A stretch of 64,000 nt of DNA, from the NCBI GenBank assembly GCA_964035545.1, contig OZ037766.1, positions 10,158,722-10,222,721 on the forward strand, written 5' to 3'. Origin of the DNA: Bugula neritina. Taxonomy: Eukaryota > Animalia > Bryozoa. Position numbers and translations under genes: made by a program. Below, piece after piece: positions 23,690 to 50,617 of the stretch; position 1 is the stretch's first letter; every line of letters begins with the position of its first letter. The notes beneath the pieces were generated by a model. It ran no database searches. It had not been told where the DNA came from and saw nothing but the letters and a program-made list of their open reading frames with translations.

Positions 23690-25540
23690 ATTCATTGGCT
23701 GTCCTTCGTATCTGAAGATGACTTCTTGTGAACCATGTCTCTCTATTGATATCTGTTTCTGCTGAGGGATTGCCAGCTACCAACAAGGATCTTTTTATCA
23801 TTGGGGCTTCTCTTTACCTTGTCCTTGCACCTCAGCCTTGGTCTGCCTATACCACATACAACTTCTTTGAGGTGTGAGTACAGAATTTGTTTGGGTAGTC
23901 TGGAGTAATCTGGATTAGGAGTTCATGCATGCTGGGTAGATTTACTTGAGCAAGGATGTTAGCATTTGAGATAAAGTCTCACCACTTAACATTCATAATT
24001 TGTCGCAGGTGTCTCATCTTATAGGTATTGAGTTTATGTGCCGCCAGTTTGTATACGGGCCAAGCCTTGACACCACACGGAAGGGGAGAGAGAATAATTG
24101 CTCTGTATACCGAGCACTTTGTCTTGAACGTAAGGTCCTTGTTGCGCCAGGCTGTTTCCTTCAGCCTGCCATATGAGATCAAGGCGTTTGACATCCTAGT
24201 GTTGAGCTCCTCATCCATCTTATTGTTGTTCATGACAGTCGACCCTAGGTACTTGAACTTGTGAATGCTGGCTAGCTGTTTGTTATTGATGTATATAGAC
24301 TGGCCTTCATGATCATTCCCAGGGACTGGTTGATACAGCATCTCCGTTTTCTTGATATTTATCTCAAGACCAAAGGCCTGTGCACATCTGGCAAATCTGC
24401 TGACAATTTCCTGATCATCATCATGGTTGTGGGCAACAAAGGCAGTGTTATCAGCAAACATAATTTCTCGTACTAGGACTCTTCTAGTTTTTGTTGCAGA
24501 TTTGTACTGGTTGACATTGAATAAATCTGCTCCAGGCCTGCTTTGAATCCACACACACTTGTTGCAGTCATCAAACGCGTGATGCAAAACAACTGACAGG
24601 AATATGGAGAAGAGAGTGGGAGCCAGCACATATCCTTGTTTGGCGCCGTTGTTGACTTAAAATTGATTTGACAGCTCATCCTTCAGTTTAATCGTAGCTT
24701 TCATCCTGGTATGTAAGGCGCTGATAAGATTAGTAAAGTGACCTAGAAATCTCAGCTTCAGGAGCATCTTCTACAGAGTAGTTTGGTCAATGTGTCAAAC
24801 ACTTTGGTAAAATCAATGAATATCCGGTATAAAGACAAATTTCGTTCAATGCTTTTCTCCTGAAGTTGTTTCAAGGAAAAAATAATGTCTGCTGTACCTC
24901 TTCCACTCCGGAATCCACACTCTGCCTCTAGTAGGGAGCTTTCAGCTTACGATGAGAGCCGGTTGAGTAGAACTCGTGTGAAAACTTTTCTAAGAATGGA
25001 TAAGAGGGAGATCCCTCTGTAGTTGCCACATAGTTGTCTGCACCCTTCTTGAAGATGGTGACAAGCTGGGCATCCTTCCAGTCTTGAGGAGCTGTAGCAG
25101 TGTTTCAGGCTTCTTGAATGATCTCATAAAGCACACATAACAGTTTTGAACCTTCTCTCTTAATCACTTCAGAGTGAATCCCGTTAGAACCAGGTGATTC
25201 ACCATCACTAATAATCTCAATAGCCGTGGGGATCCCATCAATTTCCGGGCACCTATCTATCCAGTTTTTAACAGGGGCTTGTCTCAGATTGCCAATAGCA
25301 TATTGATCTATTGCTGGAGCCTCATTTAGCGGCTTGCTGAAATGCTCTGTCCATGTATTGAGTAACTGGTCCAGGTGGGCGATACAAGAGCCCCAGATGG
25401 CCTTCATACTCTGATAGAATCTTCTCATATTGTTGGTATCTGCTAGAACTTGAAGTTCTGCTGCTTTTGTTAGTCATCAATCATTAGTCAATTCTCTACC
25501 TCTTGCAGTGAGCTTCCTGCTAGCTGTTCTATATTTGTGA
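23690..25540 (-). mobile_element. Decayed, 5'-truncated RTE-clade LINE
   Basis: RT fragments NYRGISLLS, GFRSGRGTADIIF, LAPTLFSIF, MFADN, FKYLGS with frameshifts and stops. 3' end GATACGAAGGACAGCC followed by a short repeat tail. Confidence 0.88.
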
Positions 25541-26881
25541 TTACAACTACGGTTTAATTCCAGATAGACAAACCCCAGATGGACAACAATAATATATTCC
25601 ACTTACTTGACCTCCAACTAGATGACTTTCATTTAGATGACTTTATTTAAAAAAACATCAATAATTAAAAAAGTTAATATTTGATAGCCTATTAAGTTGC
25701 ACTACACCGAACCCTATATTCATAACCTTAAAGTTAATAGTTACCACTCATCATAATAATGATAATAACAATCAATATGACTATTACCACTAGCTTGTCT
25801 GACTTAAATTTTTTATTACTATACAAATCACTCAATGAGTCTGATAATTATTGTGAGCAATACAAGCACTATGATTGGTAACATAAATACACCATATTAC
25901 CTATCTGATTATAGGTATAGGTGCAACATTGAATTTTAATATAATTATGCCACTATGAATATAAGACTAAGCATAAGTTATAACTATAAATGCACTAGCC
26001 ACTAGGAGTAAGAATTGCTTGATTTATCAAGTGGGTAATTTTTTAACTTTACAACTTAAACTTACATTGATTTATTGCAAATTTATTAAACTTCAGTCAG
26101 ATTATTTATACTTTAAATTTATGGCCTAATTTAGTTTGTAACACTTGTAGCACTAGCAAGTATTCACCCTGACAAAGTTGTTGAACTATTATGATCATGA
26201 TGATATTGATAATCAATTCATAATGATTGAACAGTGTTTTAGTGAAAATTCCATATCAGCTATAAACCTATAAGTATAAGATTAAGTATAAGGCTATAAC
26301 TTAAAGTAAATACTTTAACCATAACTATTAACTTATAATAATAAATATTTTATGACTATCAGTATGACTATGACTATCACTATGGTATGACTATAACTGT
26401 ATAAGTATAACTCAACTGTAAGTCATACTATCACTATGAGTGTTAGTGTTACACTGACTTACAGTATGAGTATTAGGACTAAGTCATACGTTGATGTTAT
26501 ACCTATACTTATACTTATAGTTATACTATGCTAATGCTACAGGTACAGCTATGGCTATTGTGATACTAATACAAATAGTGATACTATTACTAATTCAGTA
26601 AATGTAATACTAATACTAATAGTAATACTAATAGTAATACTAATACTAATAGTAATACTAATAGAGTAATTGAGTAATTGTAACTCAAATTTTAATAGAG
26701 TTTAATGATTAATCAGAAAATTAAAATAGCTACAATTATAAACCAAAATAGCTAAAAGAAAGGATCAGATCCTGATAATATTAATAGATCATAGCAAGCT
26801 ACATACTAATAGTTATAGCCTACGGGTATATTAATATCAAAGGGTAAAGTTAAATAAAATAACGTTCAAGTTAAATAAATA

Positions 26882-28947
<2,066 letters not shown>

Positions 28948-29174
28948 AATAAATAAATTGTATATTAACAGGAAATATATGGGAATCGCTAAAAGTATAA
29001 CAAAGTTGGGATCATTGAGTGCAGTCGTTATAGGTTGATTACATTTGACATTAATTTTATAGGATTTATGTTTTAGTCATTAGTGGCTAGATATATTTAC
29101 GATAATTATTACGTCGGTAATTTGTAGGCAAGTCTGAAACACACAGCGAGCCCATGTAGGACACATTTTGTATC

Positions 29175-29188
29175 GTTGCCGTAGCAAC
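29175..29188. promoter_or_regulatory. RFX X-box
   Basis: GTTGCCGTAGCAAC fits GTNRCC(N0-3)RGYAAC, 204 bp upstream of the C10orf53-like ATG, in a locally CpG-containing patch. Confidence 0.75.
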
Positions 29189-29391
29189 GAGTTTGCTTAA
29201 AAATACTCTTACCTATTTAGCAGTGTACCACAAGGTGTAGCCAATAAAAGCTCATGAAACTGACATAATCTTTAATTTATTTTTAAACAAAATTGTTATT
29301 ACTCTACTTATATTTACCTCTGGTCAAATAACCAACAAGTTATACTTTTATTTTACTACTATTACTACTACTTTTTGTAGTTGCTTAATAA

Positions 29392-30726
29392 ATGGATTTA
29401 CCCAAAAAGCATGTTTTTATTCACTATGGACCATATGAAACTTGTGGAATTGTCTCTTACCAAACTGAGCGTTTAGAGGGAATGCAGAGTAAGTTATACT
29501 TGCACTTATACGTTAATATAAGATTAAGCGCCACCATAGTCCATAATCATGATCATCATAACCGCCTATGAACTTGAGTTCAAAGATACTTATACCGTTG
29601 TTTATATACTAATACAATACATTTTTAATAATTTTAGCGGTTTATCTTATTTACAGCCTTTAAAATAATCATTGTCAACTATGTAGTTGACACAGATGAC
29701 AAAATTAAAGCTCTTTTTTTGGTCATGATCATGATGAGGATGGACAATCGTTAAAAAGAAATCAATTTGAATTAACTTTCGTATTGAATATTGCATAATT
29801 TGTTGGTATCTTAAATTTTAAAATTTTTGGTTTTTAACTAAACTTTTTGAATCTTGCCATTTTTTAGAATTATTTAAATCTAAAGGCCATAAAGTGGATT
29901 TACATGAGATTTCTGATAGAAACTCAGTTGAGTTATGGGTTAAAGGAGAGCTAATATACAAATGTAGTATTAAAAGCTTAGAATTTGGTAAGTTTGTCTT
30001 TTAGTACGAATATCAATTTACTCAAATGAAAATCTTTGTTTGTTCAGTGACAATGTTTTTTATCTTTACATTCGTTTTAACAAATAATTGTCGACTTATC
30101 ACAAATTTTAGCAAATAATATTTTTCAGTTACTGAAAATAAAAGCCTTGTATGACTGGGTTGCTCATTAACTGTCTATGTTCAACTACAAATATATATGT
30201 GAACTATTTACATGCAGGTACTTGGTTTAGAGCTCATCATCTTAGAGATTAATATCTCAGAAAAGAACTTATAATTTAGTAGTTTAAACATTTTATATGT
30301 GCTGCACAAAAAATAAATAATTTTTTCAACCAAACTGAAAATCCTAATGCTAATTACAATTTAGGTATGTAATGATATATTCTTTCTGAAGTTTGATGAT
30401 TATACAATAGCCATCACAGTACAGCTGAAGTCAACATTACTCAATGAAAAAATCATGTAAAAGCTATATTTTCCATCTAGAACTAATGTTATAAGCATGT
30501 TGATCAGGTTTGATGTGCCTGTTGGCTCACTTCCCAAATAGTAGAAAGTTGGGTGATCTCATCAATACGGTACATCAAGGTTGGGTAAACATTATATTAC
30601 AGAGAACAGTGTATGTAGAACAATAGTGTTCATTTTATTGCAATGTATGTTAATAATTTAGGAGGTGATGGATTAATGGATAACATATGTGCTGAAGCCC
30701 TGTCAGCAGTTGAAAAAGCATTCTGA
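29392..30726 (+). CDS. C10orf53: UPF0728 protein C10orf53 homologue, 93 aa
   Basis: Exons 29392-29488, 29868-29987, 30662-30726 (282 nt) give MDLPKKHVFIHYGPYETCGIVSYQTERLEGMQKLFKSKGHKVDLHEISDRNSVELWVKGELIYKCSIKSLEFGGDGLMDNICAEALSAVEKAF. YGPY, RLxGxQ, VELxV and LEFGGDG match the family. Confidence 0.92.
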
Positions 30727-31467
30727 AGAAGATGTTTTTAAATTCCCAATACTTACAGAAATTTCAAGGTTATGACCATGCTTATACCATTATATTTTCA
30801 AAATTCTTTTTTTACAAACTTTGCTCATCTCTATAATATTTAAAATTTCAATGTTTGTGAAAACATATATTAAAATAAAATGTTCAAGATAGAAGACTTA
30901 ATCTACCATATGAAATAACTCTAACATTTGTATAGATGAAAAGAACTCACATTACTGATGAAAGTTAAAATGAATTTTATAGAAATTAGAAATGCAACTA
31001 TGGATATTTACTTTGATGAGATTCATTTGCGTTGAACCCTATCAAAGCAACTAAATAAAATTTCCTAATTTAACAAACATTGTGCAATCATTATTTTTCT
31101 GTTGAGCAAGCAAAGATAAGTTTAAGACGTTGACAATACTTTAGACAAAATTCAAATTGAATATAAATGTTAAGATATTGTGCAGAGCTAGAAGGCTAAC
31201 TAATATGTTATCAAATGCACATGATAGAGACAAACTGGGCATATGAATATAAGATGTTGTATACTTGTATATCAATTAATTAAACGGTAGTATATAGTGT
31301 CCCACAGCTTGTAGGATAACCTTATCAATGGATACTACATACTATATAGCCTATGTTACTAAAATTATAATTTATCTAATATTATGATAGTCTTTAGCAT
31401 GAACTAGAGATAATGACAGCTCAAAAGCTAAAATGTTGTATTAGTGGACGAGCAAATATCGTATTTC

Positions 31468-44210
<12,743 letters not shown>

Positions 44211-47039
44211 TTTTTAAATATGGAGGTAGATCTGACTGTTGATTATTACGAGGTCTGCAGACTAAAAAAATATGGTACAACTTCATTCATTAACCCTAAA
44301 GCTTCTTTATTATTTATTAAAAGCTATAAAAAAATAACACTTCGATAAAACAGGTTTTTGTACACTAGGTACAAGCTTTTAAAAATATTCATTACTTTTT
44401 ATATTACCTGAATTGTCACTAATTACCTCCATCTTTTTACTATTTAGATAAGCAGTGGCTTGTGTAAAAATACCTAGTCATTATTGAATGGATTTATATC
44501 TATAACATTACTTTGATCTTGTGACAAATGCTTTAGTTGACAGCAACCAACTAAATTGTTTTCAAGTGATAAACAATGAGTTGATTTTAATTACTGATCT
44601 GAAAAAATATTTTAGTAAGACAAGTAGCTTTCCACCTCCTAGTATTCAACCAGTATTGAATCAGATTCCAGGCCTATCAAAGTAAATTTTCCATACATTC
44701 TAAATGTATGGAGATTAAAAAACTCAGCACATTATGTGCTTATATTTTACAAAAATGATATTTTCATCAAACAACAACATCTATGAAATTTATGTAGTAC
44801 AAAAAAGTGATTAATTAGATTAGTTATTATTCACAGTCATTCCCTAGCTTGAATAACAAGTATGAATAAATGTGATACTATTTTCAATAAATACCACCAA
44901 CTGCAGTAAAAAAGAAGTGGTTGCAACTTGGCACAAAAAGTAAAAATGGAACATTAAAAACCTTTCAACAATGAAACTGAGGAATATGCCAAAAACTTTG
45001 GTCTGAGCTGCATGTGTGGCTGTAGAAAACTTTTGACAAAGTTTTGTATGAAAGTAGTGCGATGTCATAATAAAATATGTTTATGATTTAATTGTAGCTT
45101 TGTAAAGAAAAGTAACTTGTCTACCAAAGCTTTAATGCATCTCCAATACAAGTGATCAGGATGTCTGGTGGGCAAAAAAACTAGCTCATAAAAGTAGCAG
45201 ATTTTTGTAGAGAAACAACACACAATTTTTATCCATATCAATGCAATGTTTGAAATTTTTCAACATCATACTTTGACAAAAGTTATAAGAAAATAGGGAT
45301 TTGCTTCTATTTTCCGGTATCAATAATAAAAAATTTAAGTAGAATATAATTACTAGTTTCTTTGAGCTAATTTATTTATTGCACTAGTATTTCAAAAATA
45401 GAATAAAAAAAGATTTGTATATAATGGATTTCCATAAAAGATATCAAACCTGAAACTTGGTACATGTACAGCAAGTATACAGCAAGTGAACAGCTACTTG
45501 CATCACTAATACAGCATTCAAAGTATTTATGTAAGCTTTCATGAAGATAAATCTGCTGGTACAAAGATTGGTTTACAGTAATACAGCTAAATCCAGTAGG
45601 TATAGCTTACCCATATCAGTTATAAATCTGTCATAATAAATACAAATGGTTCTTAGGGGCAATCAGGTCAATAATGCTCCAATTTAAACAATACTTTCCG
45701 AGAAAAATTCAACACAATTATTATATCACTAAAATCAAATTTATTGTTCAGTAAAAGATACTTTAATAATATAATGGGTTTAGTGGTAGTGGTGATAGCA
45801 GTAATACACTACACTGCAACTAGTGACACGACCTAGCAGTAGTATTATTAATAGCAGTAGTCTTATTAGAACACATATCATAGGTTTTGGTAGCAGGCAT
45901 AGTGATAATTAACTATATAGAATAGGACTACCACTAGATCCAGTAATCGTAGCTTTAGAAATTTATAAGAAACCATAAAAAATATAATGTAATATTTGTT
46001 TCCACTGAGTTTTAGTTTAATAATTAAATATCATAATGATCACTATCATATAATATTTATTCATACCCATAATCCTAATGGTTAGTGGTCCACTTACCAT
46101 CTATCACTTATCACTCATCGCTTAAGTGGAGCTACCAATAACATTAAAAGTAAAACTAAGAGCAAAACTAAATAGAAGTACATATATCAAATACTAGTGC
46201 TATAAGTATAACATCAACTTCAGTAATAGTATTACTATTACTACTAGTACTAATATTACTAGTAAACTTGCCGAGTAACTCTTAGTTTAATAATAATAGT
46301 TACTGATAACTATTAGTAATAGTTATATTACTACCAGTATCCTTAGAACTACCACTATGACTATCATTATCAGTATCACTATGACTATCAGTATCAGTAT
46401 GGCAATATGAACATGAATATCAGTAGGCCTATTAGGTATGAGTATCACTATCAGATACAATATCAGTATAAGTATGATAGTATATAAGATGTACTTTTAG
46501 TATCCCTCCAAGTGTAACAGTAGGAGTACCACTATCAGTATGCTTATGGCTATGCTGATGATCATGACATCATTAAATTTAATGAATCATTAATCACTTT
46601 AAATTGAGTCAAAGTTAATCCCATTCAATTTCATATTCAATCAACATCATATTGATATTCATATTGAATTTGATATTGATTATGATATTCTTAATTTAAA
46701 TTATTCACCAATATGATTATCATTATGATTTATCATTTATGAGTGATTTACATTATCATTAATATTATAATTGTTAGTTAGGATTATAATAATTAATATT
46801 AATTAATAAGTTGAATTATAATCATTTATAGTTATAAAAATTAACAATTTTGATCACATTTTTATTCTGATTAACTTTCAAGTTTTACTTTAACTTTAAG
46901 TCTTTGGAGTAATTAAATTTAATACTATTACTATTAGTATTAGTAATTGAGTATTGTCTTGTCTTGTCTTGTCTTGATTTAGTTCCAAGACCCCAAATAG
47001 GGGAAAGGTGGAACTATCGGATGTTCAGGTCTTTTTTTA

Positions 47040-49775
47040 TTAGTCTGCTAGTGTTTTTCCCGTGCGTAGTTCACGGGCTGTTCTAATGAGGAAGCTATGC
47101 AGGAAATTATTAGTATTACAGGATATTGAATTAAAAGAGTTACTGTCCCCAATATTGGTATTACGGAGAGATTTCGTGGAGTTAAGAGTGTTAATTAGGT
47201 TAGGGAAGAATGCTTCATGCTGCAACACTTTGAAGAATAGCGTGAATCTGTGTTCTTGTCTGGATTTATTTAAAGCCTTTAAGTTTAACTCCGCCTTGGA
47301 TTCGGTCACTGAGACATCCCAGCCTTTTAAGTTTTTTACAAAACGTACTGCCTTGTTTTGAACTTTCTCTAGATTGTTGCTCAGCATGAGATGTGCAGGA
47401 TCCCAAATTTCGCAGGCATACTCTAGAAGCGGTCTACACAGGGTAGTGTATGCTATGAGCTTAACTTTAACTGGAGCATCATAGAGTACATTTTTGATTA
47501 ATCCTAAAATACGCATTGCTTTATTGACTACTGAGTTTATGTGATAATCCCACTTTAGATCATGTACCAAATAGATTCCTAGGTATTTTACACAGCTACT
47601 TTGTACTAATTGTTCGTTGCTCAAATAATAAGTGTGCGTTATAGGTTTAGGGCTTTTATCAAACACAATGATGTTGCTTTTTGTTGCATTGAATTTCATG
47701 GAGTTTTTAATACTCCAGTTGTGTAGAGCGTTAAGGTCATTTTGCAAATTTTCCTTGTCTTCGTCTTTAGATATATGCGTATATAGTATAGTGTCATCCG
47801 CGAAAAGCCTTACAGTGCAGTATTTTACACATTTAGTGATGTCATTAATGAAAAGTGTGAAAAGTGCAGGCCCTAAAACGCTACCTTGAGGGACACCTGA
47901 AGTAACAGCTACAGCATCAGAATTGTGGCCTTTAATCACCACTCTCTGAAAACGACTGGTTAGAAACGAGGATATCCATTTTACTAAAAGAGGATTTACT
48001 TTGTACTCAATAAGTTTCTGAATCAACAGATGATGGGGAACTAAATCAAAGGCCTTAGAGAAATCTAGCACTGCCGCATGTGTAGCCATTCCATTGTCCA
48101 TATTACTCAATATGTCATGTGTTAGGCAGGCCAATTGAGTTGTGCAAGACAGGTGACTTCTAAAACCATGCTGGTTTATGGACAGGATCTCATTCAATTT
48201 GTTTTGCATAAGGTGAAGTATAATGTGCTCCATCATTTTACAGACTATTGATGTTAAGGATATTGGTCTATAGTTAGAGGGCAACTCACGATTTCCTTGT
48301 TTGAATATTGGTGTGACATGAGCCAGCTTCCACTCTGATGGAAGTGTACCTGTTGTTAATGTATAGTTGTAGATGGAAGCTAATAGGGAAGAAATAATTT
48401 CAGGGGAGAGCAGTAGCTTTTGTTTGTTAATAGAGTCTGGCCCTGAAGCTTTACCATTTTTGAGAGACTTAATCAATTTTAACACACCTTCAGAAGTTAC
48501 TAATATGTTATCTGCATCAGTTGGAGCCGGAGCTTCTGGGAGCACACGTGCTGGTGTAAAAACACTGTGAAAATACAAGTTCAAAGTATTTGCAATGTCA
48601 GATAAATCATTAGAGCTGGTCTTTTCACTAATTTGAATGCTTTGAATACTGTTATTGTTGCCTTTAATTTCTTTAACATATCTGTAAAAAGGTTTCGAGT
48701 CTCCATTTGCCAATGGGTAGTATAACTTTTCACACATGAAGTCTTTTTTGAGTATTTTAAATAGTTTTTTGTTTTCACGCCTTAGTTTTTTGTATTTGTC
48801 AAATAAAACAGAATCACCTGTGAGCTTGTATCGTGAGTAAAGTTTTCTTTGCTTGTTGCAAGCTCTTTGAGCATCTTTATTAAACCAAACAGGTTGAAAA
48901 TGTTTTCTAGGTTTAAATTGCTTTTTAGGTACATGGTCAGTTATTGCCGAATGTAATCCATTTCTGAATGTAGACCAAACAGTATCAATGGGCTGTATAT
49001 CGTTTATTAGAGAGTTCACTTCTGAGAGCAAGGCTGCCATTGAGGAATCAAAACCGTTTCTATTTATTTTGTGATACACAAAAGTATAACTATCTTCTAC
49101 ACTTTCTTTAAACTTTTGGGGTGCTTCTATTGAGCATTCAATCATAAAGTGATCACTGACACCTGGTTGGATTACATTTAAGTCGCAAATTAAATGTTTA
49201 GAATTAGTGCAAAGAAGGTCAAGTATATTGCCAGCTATATGAGTTGGCTCATTAACAATTTGATCCATGTCTAATTCCGATAACAAATCTATGAAGTCAT
49301 TGTAAAAAGTTCTCCAACTGTTAGAGAAAGTGAAGTCATTCCAATTGATGCCAGGTAAATTAAAATCGCCAGTTAGAACTATTGTTGACCCTGGAAAAAG
49401 TTTTTTGATTTTTGACATGTAATCTACAAGTGGTTTAATGTTGTATGTTGAAGGCGGTCTGTAGTATGTTACCAAAATATAAGGAGCTACGTTAGATTCA
49501 AAATTAAACTTGATTGCTGTTATTTCTGCTTCAGATGGTATATCTATTGGAGAATGTGAGATTTGCGAATTAACAGCTATTAGTACACCCCCTCCATATT
49601 CATTCCTATCTTTTCTGTAAACCAGTTTGTTATTTGGATGGAAGATTTGAGCATTAGCATAGGATGGGTTTAAATGAGTTTCAGTGATAGACATCACATC
49701 GTAGTCAGAAGCTATAGCTTGTAATTCAGCAATTTTACCTTTGATTGATCTTGCATTGATGCTAATTAATCTGTA
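47040..49775 (-). CDS. LINE ORF2: AP endonuclease + reverse transcriptase
   Basis: APE motifs INARSI (upstream of the ORF-track start), ITETHL, YRPP, GDFN, LDL, SDH. RT motifs NYRPISLT, QHGFR, LDFSKAFD, GVPQGSVLGP, LFADD, KYLG. Confidence 0.95.
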   Translation of the reverse strand, partial: YRLISINARSIKGKIAELQAIASDYDVMSITETHLNPSYANAQIFHPNNKLVYRKDRNEYGGGVLIAVNSQISHSPIDIPSEAEITAIKFNFESNVAPYILVTYYRPPSTYNIKPLVDYMSKIKKLFPGSTIVLTGDFNLPGINWNDFTFSNSWRTFYNDFIDLLSELDMDQIVNEPTHIAGNILDLLCTNSKHLICDLNVIQPGVSDHFMIECSIEAPQKFKESVEDSYTFVYHKINRNGFDSSMAALLSEVNSLINDIQPIDTVWSTFRNGLHSAITDHVPKKQFKPRKHFQPVWFNKDAQRACNKQRKLYSRYKLTGDSVLFDKYKKLRRENKKLFKILKKDFMCEKLYYPLANGDSKPFYRYVKEIKGNNNSIQSIQISEKTSSNDLSDIANTLNLYFHSVFTPARVLPEAPAPTDADNILVTSEGVLKLIKSLKNGKASGPDSINKQKLLLSPEIISSLLASIYNYTLTTGTLPSEWKLAHVTPIFKQGNRELPSNYRPISLTSIVCKMMEHIILHLMQNKLNEILSINQHGFRSHLSCTTQLACLTHDILSNMDNGMATHAAVLDFSKAFDLVPHHLLIQKLIEYKVNPLLVKWISSFLTSRFQRVVIKGHNSDAVAVTSGVPQGSVLGPALFTLFINDITKCVKYCTVRLFADDTILYTHISKDEDKENLQNDLNALHNWSIKNSMKFNATKSNIIVFDKSPKPITHTYYLSNEQLVQSSCVKYLGIYLVHDLKWDYHINSVVNKAMRILGLIKNVLYDAPVKVKLIAYTTLCRPLLEYACEIWDPAHLMLSNNLEKVQNKAVRFVKNLKGWDVSVTESKAELNLKALNKSRQEHRFTLFFKVLQHEAFFPNLINTLNSTKSLRNTNIGDSNSFNSISCNTNNFLHSFLIRTARELRTGKTLAD

Positions 49776-50617
49776 GATATTTTGACTATTTGGTTTTTCT
49801 GTATTTTGTATGTGCTTAGAGGATCCTGTTTTCTTACGTCTCTTAACTGTTGTCTCAACTGAAAATCCTTGTTTTGCTCTTCTTTAGTTAAGTCTAGGCG
49901 TGCAAAAGTACCTGGTACTTTGAGATTGTTGATACGTTTTAAAAGTTCCCACTTGTCAAACTCTGAGTCAAGTGAGAGTCTAACAGGTCGAGGTTTATCT
50001 ACTTTTTTAGCCCCTAGTCTAATAGTATTAGATTTTGTGGCATTAAACATAAAACTACACTCAGAAATCATAGAATTTACCAGTTCGACTGTGTCAGCAG
50101 GGGATGATTCACCCTCATTAATGCCAAATATGATGACATTCTTCGCTCTGTTTTCAGTTGATAAATCATTTCTAAGATTTTTTATTTGTTTTTCTTGGTC
50201 TTTTATACATTTCTCTTGGTCATTTAGATGCTTGCTTAAAACACCTTCAGATTTTTCAATTTTGGAAACTACACTAGCATATGTTTCATCACTCTTGGAC
50301 TCTTGTGTGTCAATAAAAGTTTCAAGCTTTGTTTCTAATGCTTTAAACCTAGAGTCAATCGATTTGAGAACATGATCACACTTATCACAAAACCAGTGGA
50401 TTCCCCTCTTTTCAATTGTGTTCATGTCACTCGCATCTAAGTCCACGCATCTAATATGAAACCAGTTAAAGCAGGACTCACACTCGATCGTTAAGTCACT
50501 CAGGGTTTTATTGCACTTTTCACATTTTGATTTTTCAGTATTTTTCCTGCTACTAGCAGCATCACCAGAGGCAGCACTGTCCACACGACCTCTTCTTGTT
50601 TGCGTTTTGGGGGGCAT
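49766..50617 (-). CDS. LINE ORF1: PHD finger + coiled coil + L1-ORF1-like RRM region
   Basis: C4HC3 pattern CEKC..CESC..WFHIRC..WFCDKC, followed by a coiled coil, NVIIFGINE, RLG...PRPVRL and DLT motifs typical of CR1/L2 ORF1. Confidence 0.9.
   Translation of the reverse strand: MPPKTQTRRGRVDSAASGDAASSRKNTEKSKCEKCNKTLSDLTIECESCFNWFHIRCVDLDASDMNTIEKRGIHWFCDKCDHVLKSIDSRFKALETKLETFIDTQESKSDETYASVVSKIEKSEGVLSKHLNDQEKCIKDQEKQIKNLRNDLSTENRAKNVIIFGINEGESSPADTVELVNSMISECSFMFNATKSNTIRLGAKKVDKPRPVRLSLDSEFDKWELLKRINNLKVPGTFARLDLTKEEQNKDFQLRQQLRDVRKQDPLSTYKIQKNQIVKISTD

Noticed and set aside
49869-50375. 168-aa + strand ORF antisense to LINE ORF1 (also 47062-47361 and others)
   Set aside because: Shadow ORFs of the coding strand with no recognisable motifs.
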